Assembly (NCBI GenBank): GCA_038087875.1
Contig: CM075996.1
Location: 7,256,001-7,320,000 of the forward strand
Source of the DNA: Malacoraja senta
Lineage: Eukaryota
Length of the DNA: 64,000 bases
Reading direction: 5' to 3'
Shown piece after piece: positions 13,345-24,427 of the stretch; position 1 is the stretch's first letter, and every line of letters starts with the position of its first letter. A program made the translations under genes and the position numbers. Below the pieces are notes generated by a model, which saw only the letters and a program-made list of their open reading frames with translations, did not search any database and was not told the DNA's origin.

Positions 13345-14474
13345 GTACACAAAAAAGCTGGAGAAACTCAGCGGGTGCAGCAGCATCTATGGAGCGAAGG
13401 AAATAGGTAACATTTCGGGCCAAAACCCTTCTTTAGACTGATAGGGGGTGGGGAGAAGAAAGGAAAAAAGGAAAAGGCGGAGGAGGAGCCCGAGGGCTGG
13501 GGGAGGGGAGGAGACAACCAGAGTGCTGATGAAGGGGAGGGGACAGCCAGGGCTAGCAGAATTGGGAGAATTCAACGTTCAGGCCACCAGGATGTAGACT
13601 GCCCAAGCGGAATATGAGGTGCATTTCCTCCAATTTACGGTGTTGCTCGCTGTGGCCATGGAGGAGACCCAGGACAGAGAGGTCAGATACGGAATGGGAG
13701 GGGGAGTTGAAGTGCTGAGCCACCGGGAGTTCAGGTTGGTTATTGCGGACCGACCGGAGGTGTTCGGCGAAACGATCGCCAAGCCTCCGCTTGGTCTCAC
13801 CGATGTAGATCAGCTGGCATCTAGAGCAGCGAATGCAATAGATGAGGTTGGAGGAGATGCAGGTGAACCTCTGTCGCACCTGGAACGACTGCTTGGGTCC
13901 TTGAATGGAGTGGAGGGGGGAAGTGAAGGGACAAGTGTTGCATCTCTTGCGGTTGCAATTGAAAGTACCCGGGGAGGGGGTGGTATGGGAGGGAAGGGAA
14001 GAATTGACAAGGGAGTTACGGAGGGAGCGGTCTTTGCGGAAGGCAGACATGGGGGGAGATGGGAAGATGTGGCGAGTGGTGGGGTCACGTTGGAGGTGGC
14101 GAAACTGACGGAGGATCACTTGTATGTGACGGCTGGTGGGGTGAAAGGTGAGGACTAGGGGGACTCTGCCTTTGTTGTGAGTGAGGGGATGGGGAGAGAG
14201 AGCAGTGTTGCGGGGTATGGCAGAGACCCTGGTGCGAGCCTCATCTATGGTGGAGGAGGGGAACCCCCGTTTCCTGAAGAATGAGGACATTTCAGATGCC
14301 CTGGTGTGGAACGCCTCATCCTGGGAGCAGATGCGGCGTAGACGGAGGAATTGGGAGTGGGGGATGGAGTCCTTACAGGAAGCAGGGTGGAAGAAGTGTA
14401 GTCCAGATAGCCATGGGAGTCGGTAGGTTTGTAGTGGATGTCGGTAAGGAGTCTATCACCTGCGATGGAGATAG
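13345..14474 (-). mobile_element. Penelope-like retroelement 3' fragment (end of RT, GIY-YIG endonuclease, terminal repeat)
   Basis: ORF 13553-14290 contains CNRKRCNTC..FTC.SSNLIYCIRC..C..IYIGETKRRLGDRFAEH..VAQHFN..L..LHPGGLN, typical of PLE GIY-YIG domains. It is followed by the terminal repeat. Confidence 0.9.
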
Positions 14475-14599
14475 TTATTGAAGGGTCGTGTTGGACAATT
14501 CTAGGCGTTATTCAGTCCTACCACTGTGCTTTAAAACTAGGTGGAGTACTCGAGTGTCCTCTCCATGATCCAAATACAATTTGTGCTTTTAACCCCTAA

Positions 14600-14940
14600 T
14601 GGGTCTGTCCAACTTACACAACTTTTTCAGCGACTTGCCGGAACCCGTCATAGGTCGTTGCAGGTCGACGAAAATTTTCAACGTTGAAAATCCAGCGTCG
14701 ACCAGAACAAGGTACGACTCTTTGGGCGACTACTCACGACCGTACAGGCTTCACCCCGCGACATGTCACCAGGGTGTCGCCTGAATGGTCGTGAGTCGTC
14801 TCCTCAGTCGCCCAAAGAGTCGTAGTGTCTTTCTGGTCACCGCTGGATATTCAACATGGTGAAAAATTTCAGCGACCTGCAACGACCTATGACGGGTGGC
14901 GGCAAGTCGCCGAAAAAGTCGCGTAAGTGGGACGGGCCCA
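14600..14940. mobile_element. PIF/Harbinger-like MITE, subfamily C (long imperfect TIRs)
   Basis: Ends TGGGTCTGTCCAACTTAC / GTAAGTGGGACGGGCCCA with about 100 bp of inverted arms and TAA/TGA flanks. Lies about 200 bp downstream of the Kir6 stop codon. Confidence 0.75.
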
Positions 14941-14994
14941 TGACTGTGCTTTAACAACCTTGTCCTCATCAATGGCGGCACGGTGGAGCAGCGG

Positions 14995-15148
14995 TAGAGT
15001 TTGGAGTGTCTTTGGCGTGTGGGAGGAAACCGGAGCACCAGGGCTAAACACACGGGGGGAACGAACAAACCCTGTACAGACAGCACCCGTGGTCGGGATC
15101 GAACCCGGGTCTCTGGCGCTGTCAGGCAGCAGCTCTACCCGCCGCGCA
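14995..15148 (-). mobile_element. HE1/V-SINE-like SINE 5' half abutting the Kir6 stop codon
   Basis: Minus strand GGTAGAGCTGCTGCC..GGGTTCGATCCC starts within a few nt of the TAA. Confidence 0.8.
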
Positions 15149-15151
15149 GCA

Positions 15152-16342
15152 TTATAGATCCGAGAGGGAGTCTAGAGACTGGAAGTGCACGGCCGGCTTC
15201 ATGCCCGACGGGTTGCCGAGCTTGGAGGAGCTTCGTTTGCGCAGGGCGCCCGCCAGAGGCCTGGGCCCGTTGCCGCTTTGGTCCCGGCCCCTCTCCTGCT
15301 CCTCGGCGCTGTGCGGCGGCATGTTGGTCTTCACCGTGTTGCCGAACTTGGAGTAGTCGACCGAGTACCTGCCCTCCTCCTCCGTCACGATGGGGACAAA
15401 GCGGTGGCCCCACAGGATCTCCTCGGGCAGGTAGGACGTGCGGGCCTGGGTGGTGATGCCGGTGGTCTCCACCACGCCCTCCAGCAGGACCACCAGCTCC
15501 AGGTCATCCCGCTGGAGGTCCGCCTCGGAGACGGCATAGAGCGGGCTGCGCCGGTCGATGGTGTGGCTAATGATGAGCGGGGACACCAGGAAGATGGAGT
15601 TGGTGCGCACCGGGTTCTCCACCTGCACCTCGATCTGCGAGATGGGGACCACCTCGCCCTCGTGGGTGGTGGTCTTCCTCACCAGCTGCATGCGGATGGT
15701 GGCGCTGATGATCATGCTCTTGCGCAGGTCGCCCAGGCGGAACATGAGGCGCGGGAGGCCGTCGCGCAGGGCCACCACTGCGTGCCGGCTGAAGATGATG
15801 GTCTCGGCCCGCCGGTTGGCTTGGGCGGTCTTCATGAAGATGCAGCCCAGCATGACGGCGTTGACGATCAGCCCCGTGATGTTCTGGACAATCAGGGCCA
15901 CGATGGCCGCCGGGCACTCCTCCGTCACCATGCGCCCGCCGAACCCGATGGTGACCTGCACCTCGATGGAGAAGAGGAAGGCCGAGGTGAAGCTGGTGAT
16001 GCTGGTGATGCAGGGCACCGTCCCAACCCGCCCGGAGTCCAGGTCGCCATGGGCGAAGGCGATCAGCCACCACAGCATGGCGAATACCATCCAGCTGCAC
16101 AGGAAGGACATGGTGAAGATGACCAGCGTGTAGGGCCACTTGAAGTCCACCAGGGTGGTGAAGATATCCTGCAGGAAACGCCCCTGCTCGCGAATGTTCT
16201 TGTGAGCCACATTGCAGCTGCCTTTCTTGGTGACGAAGCGCGCCCTGCTGGCCTTGGCCTGGTAGCGCGGCTGCGACAGGTTGTCCTCCACCAGCCTGGT
16301 CAGCAGGTACTTCTCCGCCAGGACGCCCTTCCTCGCCAGCAT
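15152..16342 (-). CDS. KCNJ11: ATP-sensitive inward rectifier K+ channel, Kir6 family (Kir6.2/KCNJ11-like), 396 aa, single coding exon
   Basis: ORF reads MLARKG...[21 protein letters not shown]...[23 protein letters not shown]...[11 protein letters not shown]...[18 protein letters not shown]...DYSKFGN...LRKRS. It has the Kir6-specific GFG filter, the RKR ER-retention motif and an intronless CDS as in KCNJ11. ATG is at 16342; the track ORF start at 16366 is a GTG at the exon edge. The exact paralog (Kir6.2 vs Kir6.3-like) is not certain. Confidence 0.93.
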   Translation of the reverse strand: MLARKGVLAEKYLLTRLVEDNLSQPRYQAKASRARFVTKKGSCNVAHKNIREQGRFLQDIFTTLVDFKWPYTLVIFTMSFLCSWMVFAMLWWLIAFAHGDLDSGRVGTVPCITSITSFTSAFLFSIEVQVTIGFGGRMVTEECPAAIVALIVQNITGLIVNAVMLGCIFMKTAQANRRAETIIFSRHAVVALRDGLPRLMFRLGDLRKSMIISATIRMQLVRKTTTHEGEVVPISQIEVQVENPVRTNSIFLVSPLIISHTIDRRSPLYAVSEADLQRDDLELVVLLEGVVETTGITTQARTSYLPEEILWGHRFVPIVTEEEGRYSVDYSKFGNTVKTNMPPHSAEEQERGRDQSGNGPRPLAGALRKRSSSKLGNPSGMKPAVHFQSLDSLSDL

Positions 16343-16366
16343 CGCGCCCCTGCCGTAGACCACCAC

Positions 16367-16403
16367 CTGTGGGAAGCGTTCACAAACACGGGCAAGAGGT
16401 CAG
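16367..16403 (-). promoter_or_regulatory. Splice acceptor and branch point upstream of the Kir6 coding exon
   Basis: Minus strand reads CTGAC (16403-16399) ...ctcttgcccgtgtttgtgaacgcttcccacAG|GTG. The exon would start at 16366, 24 nt before the ATG. Confidence 0.7.
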
Positions 16404-16459
16404 CCACCTATCGCCACCTCCCGCAACCAGAGAGCAGTGCTTGAACTAGTTTAGTTTAC

Positions 16460-16790
16460 ATGTTTGAGAAGGAACTGCAGATGCTGGAAAATCAAAGGTG
16501 GACAAACAAACGTGCTGGAGAAACTCAGCGGGTGAGGCAGCATCTATGGAGGGAAGGAAATAGGCGACGTTTCGGGTCGAGACCCTCCTGCAGACTGATG
16601 CGAGGGTGGGGAGGAGGGGGGGGCGGGAAGAAGAAAGGAAGAGGCGGAGACAGTGGGCTGAGGCAGAGCTGGGAAGGGGAGGAGAAAGCAGGGACTACCT
16701 GAAGAAGGGTCTCGACCCGAAACGTCGCCTATTTCCTTCGCTCCATAGATGCTGCCTCACCCGCTGAGTTTCTCCAGCACTTTTGTCTCC
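16460..16790. mobile_element. Penelope-derived inverted terminal-repeat pair
   Basis: An antisense terminal repeat is joined at CTGAA (16699-16703) to a sense arm that begins with the CTGAAGA..GAAACGTC motif. Confidence 0.75.
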
Positions 16791-16969
16791 CTTAGTTTAG
16801 AGTTTAGTTTAGAGATACAGCGCGGAAACAGGCCCTTTCGGCCCGGGCCGACCAGCGATCCCCGCACACTAACACTATCCTACACACATTAGGGACAATT
16901 TTTTTTTACATTTACCAAGCCAATTAACCTACAAACCTGCAAGTCTTTGGAGTGCAGGAGGAAACCATA

Positions 16970-17348
16970 TAACATATAAGATTGTTAAGGGTTTGGACAC
17001 GCTAGAGGCAGGAAACATGTTCCCGATGTTGGGGGAGTTCATAACCAGGGGCCACAGTTTAAGAATAAGGAGTAAGCCATTTAGAACGGAGACGAGGAAA
17101 CACTTTTTCTCACAGAGAGTTGTGAGTCTGTGGAATTCTCTGCCTCAGAGGGCGGTGGAGGCCGGTTCTCTGGATGCTTTCAAGGAGAGAGCTAGATAGG
17201 GCTCTTAAAAATAGCGGAGTCAGGGGATATGGGGAGAAGGCAGGAACGGGGCACTGATTGGGGATGATCAGCCATGATCACATTGAATGGCGGTGCTGGC
17301 TCGAAGGGCCGAATGGCCTACTCCTGCACCTATTGTCTATTGTCTATT
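16970..17348 (+). mobile_element. CR1 LINE 3' fragment nested in a minus-strand SINE
   Basis: Near-identical to 2495-2877; the host SINE resumes at gaaaccgaagatc. Confidence 0.85.
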
Positions 17349-17636
17349 GAAACCGAAGATCTCAGAGAAAACCCACGCAGGTCACGGGGAGAACATACAA
17401 ACTGCGTACAGTCAGCACCCGTAGTCGGGATCGAACCCGGGTCTCCGGCGCTGCATTCGCTGTAAGGCAGCAACTCTACCGCTGCGCCACCGTGCCACCC
17501 ATCTACGTCTTTGGTGACCCACGGACTATCAGGCTTTACCTTGCACTAGACGCTATTCCCCATATCACGTATCTATGCACTGTAAATGCACTGATTGTAA
17601 TCATATATCAGAGATGCTGCCTGACCCGCTGAGTTA

Positions 17637-18119
17637 AGGGCCTGTCCCACATGGCCGTCATTTGCGCCTCATTTACGCGTCATATGTAAATTAGGTCGAC
17701 GCGTCGCGTGGGGTGTGCATGGGTGACGCATGCGTTGCGCATGGTGAGGCGTGGAATCACATGCGGTGGCACGCGGCGCCCCAGGATTTCGTAGTGCAAC
17801 GAAATCCTCGTGCGCCACCTGCGTGACGTATCGCATACCACGCTGACGTGCTGGCTACGCACGCTGACGCATTGGCGTCGCACGCTGGCGTCCCGACGTC
17901 TCACGTGTATCGCGTGGTGACGCATGGTTACGTCACCGTGCGTCAACGTCCGTAAACATGCGTCGCCGCGCGCCGCAGGGTATTCTAATGACGTCACGTG
18001 CACCAGACGGATGTGCTGACGCGTGATTTGCGCGCGACGTCGCGCATCACGACGCGTCGACCTACTTTACATATGACGCGTAAATAAGGCGCAAATGACG
18101 GCCAAGTGGGACAGGCCCT
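17637..18119. mobile_element. PIF/Harbinger-like MITE, subfamily D (CpG-rich)
   Basis: TIR AGGGCCTGTCCCAC..GGCCGTCATTTGCGCC. Inserted at gagTTActccag of a Penelope terminal repeat (flanks TTA/ATA). Interior rich in ACGCG/GACGC. Confidence 0.82.
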
Positions 18120-18469
18120 ATACTCCAGCACTTGGTGTCCTTTTGTGTATGAACCAGCATTTGCAGTTCCTCCTGTGGCTTTATCTGGTAACTGTTGACG
18201 GCTTGATTGCAATCGTGGATTTTCTTTGACTGACTAGCACGCAAACAAAAGCTTTTCACTGTACCTCGGTACAGGTGACAATAAACTCAACTGAACTCGC
18301 ATTAAACTTCCATATCGTTTAACTTAGAGAAGGTAGACACAAACAGCTGGAGTAACTCAGCGGGACAGGCAGCATCTCCGGAGAGAAGGAATGGGTGGCG
18401 TTTCAGGTCGAGATCCTTCTTCAGACTTTAACTTGGAGAGATAGATTAGCGTTTTAATACCTGGAGGAG

Positions 18470-19272
18470 GCGTGGCACGGTGGCGCAACGGTAGAGTTGC
18501 TGCCTTACAGTGCTCGCAGCGCCTGAGACCCGGGTTCGATCCCGACTACCGGTGCTTGTCTGTACGGAGTTTGTACTTTCTCCCCGTGACCTGCGTGGGT
18601 TTTCTCCGAGATTTTCGGTTTCGTCCCACACTCCAAAGACGTACAGGTTTGTAGGTTAATTCCAAGGAATTCCCATGAATATGATGAGCGTTTGACAGCA
18701 CTGGGCTTGTATTCACTGGAGTTTAGAAGAATGAGGGGGTGGACCTCATTGAAACGTATAGAATAGTGAAAGGCTTGGATAGAGTGGATGTGGAGAGGAT
18801 GTTTCCACTGGTGGGAGAGTCTAGGACTAGAGGCCGCAGCCTCAGAATTAAAGGACGTTCTTTTAGGAAGGAGATAAGGAGAAATTTCTTTAGTCAGAGG
18901 GTGGTGAATCTGTGGAATTCATTGCCATGGGAGGCTGTGGAGGACGTCAGTGGATATTTTTAAGGCAGAGACAGATAGATTCTTGATAAGTACGGGTGTC
19001 AGAGGTTATGGGGAGAAGGCAGGAGAATGGGGTTGAGAGGGAGAGATAGATCAGCCTTGATTGAATGGCGGAGTAGACTTGACGGGCCGAATGGCCTCAT
19101 TCTGCTCCTATCACTTAGGATCTTATGAACTTGTGACCTTAATTGACTTGGTATAAGTGTAAATTGTCCCTGGTGTGTTTAGGATAGTGTTAATGTGCGG
19201 GGATCGCTGGTCGGTGCGGACGCGGTGGGCCGAAGGGCCTGTTTCCACGCTGTATCTCTAAACTAAACTAAA
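18470..19272 (+). mobile_element. HE1/V-SINE-like SINE with nested CR1 fragment
   Basis: The SINE is split at ggttaatt (about 18660) by a CR1 3' end and resumes at about 19140. Confidence 0.8.
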
Positions 19273-19792
19273 AATTAGAGGGAAGGGGACAAAAGTAATG
19301 AATAACCAAACAGAAAAAACAAAAGATCTAAAACATTGATTTAACGGGTGATCAGCTTGGACTGGGTGGTCCAGAGGGCCGGTCGGATGCATCAAACAGG
19401 CCCATTGGACCACCGAGTCCAATCTGATCACCCGATCACACTAGTTCTGTGTTATCCCCACTGCCTACATTCCTGGGACAATTTACAGAGGGCCAATTAA
19501 CCGACAAACCCGCACACCTTTGGAGTGTGGGAGGAAACCGGAGCACCCGGAGGAAACCCACGCGGGTCACGGGGAGTGCGTGCGCGCAAGCTCCACGCAG
19601 ACAGCACCCAAGGTCAGGATCGAACCCAGGTCTCTGGCCGCTGTGAGGCAGCAACTCTGCCACTGTGCCGCCCTAAGGTGGAGGGAATGGACAGACGACA
19701 CTTTGGGCTGGGACCCTTCTTCAGACTGGTGGAGAACGTGGGAGAAAGCTGGAAAAGAAGAGGTGGGGACGAGATAACACCTGCCAATACAC

Positions 19793-20308
19793 AATAGACA
19801 ATAGGTGCAGGAGTAGGCCATTCGGCCCTTCGAGCCAGCACCGCCATTCAATGTGATCATGGCTGATCATCCCCAATCAGTACCCAGTTCCTGCCTTTTC
19901 CCCATATCCCCTGACTCCGCTATTTTTAAGAGCCCTATCTAGCTCTCTCTTAAAAGCATCCAGAGAACCCGCCTCCACCGCCCTCTGAGGCAGAGAATTC
20001 CACAGACTCACCACTCTCTGTGAGAAAAAGTGTTTCCTCGTCTCCGTTCTAAATGGCTTACTCCTTATTCTTAAACTGTGGCCCCTGGTTCTGGACTCCC
20101 CCAACATCGGGAACATGTTTCCTGCCTCTAGTGTGTCCAAACCCTTAACAATGTTATATGTTTCAATGAGATCCCCTCTCATCCTTCTAAACTCCAGAGT
20201 GTACAAGCTCCATTCTCTCAGCATATGACAGTCCCGCCATCCCGGGAATTAACCTTGTAAACCTACGCTGCGCTCCCTCAATAGCAAGAATGTCCTTCGT
20301 CAAATTAG
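19793..20308 (-). mobile_element. CR1 LINE 3' fragment
   Basis: ORF 19877-20224 is the CR1 ORF2 C-terminus; same tail as the other copies. Confidence 0.88.
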
Positions 20309-21677
20309 CGTATGGTCATCTCTCCTCAGATGCTGCCTGACCCGGTGAGTTCCTCCAGCAAATTGTCTTTTTGCTCAAGATGCCATCATCTGCATCTCCT
20401 GGTGTCTTATCAGGCCTTCCTTATTATTATTCACGACCAAATCCGAAATAGCCAACATGCTACAACAGTCCGCTCTGAGAAGCATCCCTTAACGCACTCC
20501 ACAAATTCTGCTTCTTTAATACCCCTCACAGTTTGATTTGTCCAATCAATATGTATATTAAATTCTCCCATAACAATTGTAGTTCCATTGTCATTATGTC
20601 ATTATCACTGTCAGAGTGAGGCCCAGCGCAAAATGGAGGAACAGCACCTCCTATTTCCTTTGCTTTCATTCTCTCTCCATCCCTCCCCCTTCACAGTTCT
20701 CCGACCAGTCTTACTGTCTCCGACGACAGTTTGTCTGTCTGAAGAAGTCTGAAGAAGGGTCTCAACCCAAAACGTCGCCCATTCCTTCTCTCCAGAGACG
20801 CTGCCTGTCCCGCTGAGTTCCTCCAGCATTTTGTGTCTGTCTCGTAGTTCCCTTCTAACATGTCAAGGCTGTTTTCCCATTTATGCTCCTTGCTATCAGG
20901 AAGTCACATTCTGGGTCCTGTAGATGTCTCCTCACCTGTAACCACCTTTCCCCCCCGCTATTCAAGATCTCAACTCTAACCCATGCGGCTACCATCCACT
21001 GTGTGCAAGAAGGAACTGCAGATGCCGGTTTATACCGAGCCTTGCCGGATTATCCGTTTTGCCGGACCAACAGAAGTCCCGCTGGTGGGAGAGTCTAGGA
21101 CCAGAGGTCACAGCCTCAGAATTAAAGGGCGCTCTTTTAGAAAGGAGGCGAGGTGGAACGTCTTCAGTCAGAGGGTAGTTAATCTGTGGAACTCACAGAA
21201 GGTAGTTGAGGCCAGTTCATTGGCTATATTTAAGAGGGAGTTAGATGTGGCCCTTGTGGCTAAAGGGATCAGGGGGTATGGAGAGAAGGCATATTGAATG
21301 GCGGTGCAGGCTCGAAGGGCCGAATGGCCTACTCCTGCACCTATTGTCTATGTTTCTATGATTGAATGGCGGAGTGGACTCGATGGGCCGAATGGTCTAA
21401 TTCTACTCCTATAACATGTGAACTTGTCATCGGGACAGGCAGAGAAGGAATGGGTCGAGGCCCTTCTTCAGACCTTCAGACAGATAAACTGTCGTCGGAG
21501 ACAGTAAGACTGGTCGGAGAACTGTGAAGGGGAGGGATGGAACATGTGAACTTGTCGTGGCATTTCGGGGGGGGGGGGGACTTCCGTGGGGGGTATTTTC
21601 GAGTGCGCTCCGGTAATTTTGTCCGGATTAAAGGAGTTGACAGACCACAAGTTGCCAGAAAATCGGTGGTGGGCCTT

Positions 21678-22117
21678 TATAATCTGAACCCTCACCTCAA
21701 AGAGGTCAAACAAACACCATGACTAATGCCTGTATAATCTGAACCTTCACCTCAAAGAGGTCAAACGAACACCATGACTAATGCCTGTATTATCTGAACC
21801 TTCACCTCAAAGAGGTCAAACGAACACCGTGACTAATGCCTGTATAATCTGAACCTTCACCTCAGAGGTCAAACGAACACCATGACTAATGCCTGTATAA
21901 TCTGAACCTTGACCTCAAAGAGATCAAACGAACACCGTGACTAATGCCTGTATAATCTGAACCGTGACCTCAAAGAGATCAAACGAACACCGTGACTAAT
22001 GCCTGTATAATCTGAACCTTCACCTCAAAGAGATCAAACAAACGAACACCGTGACTAATGCCTGTATAATCTGAACCTTGACCTCAAAGAGATCAAACAA
22101 ACACCGTGACTAATGCC
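21678..22117. repeat. 55-bp minisatellite, about 8 copies
   Basis: Unit TATAATCTGAACCTTCACCTCAAAGAGGTCAAACGAACACCGTGACTAATGCCTG; copies start at 21678, 21733, 21788, 21843 and so on. Confidence 0.95.
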
Positions 22118-23377
22118 ACGGTAAAGCAGGACTCGAGGCCATCTGTTCCCATCAAACATAAAGGACCACCATGAGTCACATTTGTTCTCCTAAAAATACT
22201 GTAGGAACAAAAGGAGAGGTCAGACCCGGCTTGAAAATAGCTCAAGGGCACAGCGAAAATAATTGGAGCCCTATCGACCCAAGCAATACTTAGTCTGGTT
22301 TATTGTCACGTGTACAGTGGGGTACAGTGAAAGGCTTTTGTTGCGTGCTATCCAGTCAGCGGAAAGACAATATCTGATTACAATCGAGCCATTTACAGTG
22401 TACAGATGATACATGATAAAGGAATAACGTTTAGTGCAAGGTAAAGCCATTAAAGTCTGATCAAAGATAGTCCAAGGGTTACCATTGAGGTAGATAGTAG
22501 TTCAGGTCTGTGTGGGAAGGTTTGTAGGTTAATTGGCCTGGTATAAGTGCAATTATACCAGGCCAGTGTGTTTGGGATAGCGTTAGTGTGAGGGGTTCGC
22601 TGGTTGGTGCGGACTCGGTGGGTCGAAGGGCCTGTTTCTGTGCTGTATCTCTGAACTAAACTGCAGGCGCTGGTTTAAACCGATGATAGACACAAAATGC
22701 CAGAGTAACTCAGTAGGACAGGCATCACCTCCTGAGAGAAGGAATGGGTGACGTTTCGGGTCGAGACCCTTCTTCAGACTAAAGAAGTTAGTCTGAACAC
22801 ATTCAGTCTGAAGAAGGGTCTCGACTTGAAACGTCACCCATTCCTTCTCTCCAGAGACGCTGCCTGTCCCGCTGAGTTACTCCGGCATCTTGTGTCTTTC
22901 TTCTAGTAGTTCAGGACTGCTCTCTAGTTGTGGTAGGATGCTTCAGTTGCCTGAAAACAGCTGGGAAGAAACTGTCCCTGAATCTGGAGGCGTGCGTTTT
23001 CACACTTCCCAACATCACACTTTCACAATGTTACTCAATGGTATTAAAGAAACAAGCTCGCATTCAGATTCTTTTCATCTGGATAGTAGAATAATACTTA
23101 GTATGTTTGTTCTATGGTGGTTTGCAACTGTTCATCTTATATTTGTATAAGAAAGAACTGCAGATGCTGGTTTAAATCGAAGGGAGACACAAAATGCTGG
23201 AGGAACTCAGCAGGACAGGCAGCATCTCTGGAGAGAAGGAATGGGCGACGTTTCGGGTCGAGACCCACTCCTTCTCTCCAGAGACGCTGCCTCACCCGCT
23301 GAGTTACCCCAGCATTTTGTGTCTACTATATATTTGTCAATGTGCAAGAAAGAGACAATCAGAAACACAATCAGTCG

Positions 23378-24424
23378 CACAGAGAGAGGCGCACACAGAG
23401 AGAGGCCCACACAGAGAGAGAGGCCCACACAGAGAGAGAGGCCCACACAGAGAGAGAGGCCCACACAGAGAGAGAGGCCCACACAGAGAGAGAGGCCCAC
23501 ACAGAGAGAGAGGCCCACACAGAGAGAGAGGCCCACACAGAGAGAGAGGCCCACACAGAGAGAGAGGCCCACACAGAGAGAGAGGCCCACACAGAGAGAG
23601 AGGCCCACACAGAGAGAGAGGCCCACACAGAGAGAGAGGCCCACACAGAGAGAGAGGCCCACACAGAGAGAGAGGCCCACACAGAGAGAGAGGCCCACAC
23701 AGAGAGAGAGGCCCACACAGAGAGAGAGGCCCACACAGAGAGAGAGGCCCACACAGAGAGAGAGGCCCACACAGAGAGAGAGGCCCACACAGAGAGAGAG
23801 GCCCACACAGAGAGAGAGGCCCACACAGAGAGAGAGACCCACACAGAGAGAGAGACCCACACAGAGAGAGAGACCCACACAGAGAGAGAGACCCACACAG
23901 AGAGAGAGACCCACACAGAGAGAGAGACCCACACAGAGAGAGAGACCCACACAGAGAGAGAGACCCACACAGAGAGAGAGACCCACACAGAGAGAGAGAC
24001 CCACACAGAGAGAGAGACCCACAAGACCCACACAGAGAGAGAGACCCACACAGAGAGAGAGACCACACAGAGAGAGAGACCCACACAGAGAGAGAGACCA
24101 CACAGAGAGAGAGACCACACAGAGAGAGAGACCCACACAGAGAGAGACCCACACAGAGAGAGACCCACACAGAGAGAGACCCACACAGAGAGAGGCCCAC
24201 ACAGAGAGAGGCCCACACACAGAGAGACACACAGAGAGAAAGACACACAGAGAGAGAGAGACGCACACAGAGAGAGACCCACAGAGAGACACACAGAGAG
24301 ACACACACACAGACACACACACAGACACACACAGAGACACACACACAGAGACACACACACAGAGACACACACACAGAGACACACACACACAGAGACACAG
24401 AGACACACACACAGAGATACACAC
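23378..24424. repeat. 18-bp minisatellite (CCCACACAGAGAGAGAGG/A) decaying into AG/AC microsatellite
   Basis: About 24 identical G-type units, then about 11 A-type units, then a degenerate tail. Confidence 0.95.
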
Positions 24425-24427
24425 AAT

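Noticed and set aside
13410..13440. Active hammerhead in the terminal repeat of the long Penelope fragment
   Set aside because: The core reads CTAAAGA and GAAATGTT on the minus strand, so invariant positions are mutated.
16343..16366. N-terminal extension MVVYGRGA from the ORF track
   Set aside because: Starts at a GTG immediately after the splice acceptor; homology to Kir6 begins at the ATG at 16342.
15185..16444. 419-aa plus-strand ORF (and the 190-aa alternative frames) overlapping Kir6
   Set aside because: Antisense shadow expected from the very GC-rich third codon positions of the real gene; no recognisable protein features.
21678..22117. Possible CRISPR array
   Set aside because: Whole units repeat in tandem with no unique spacers.
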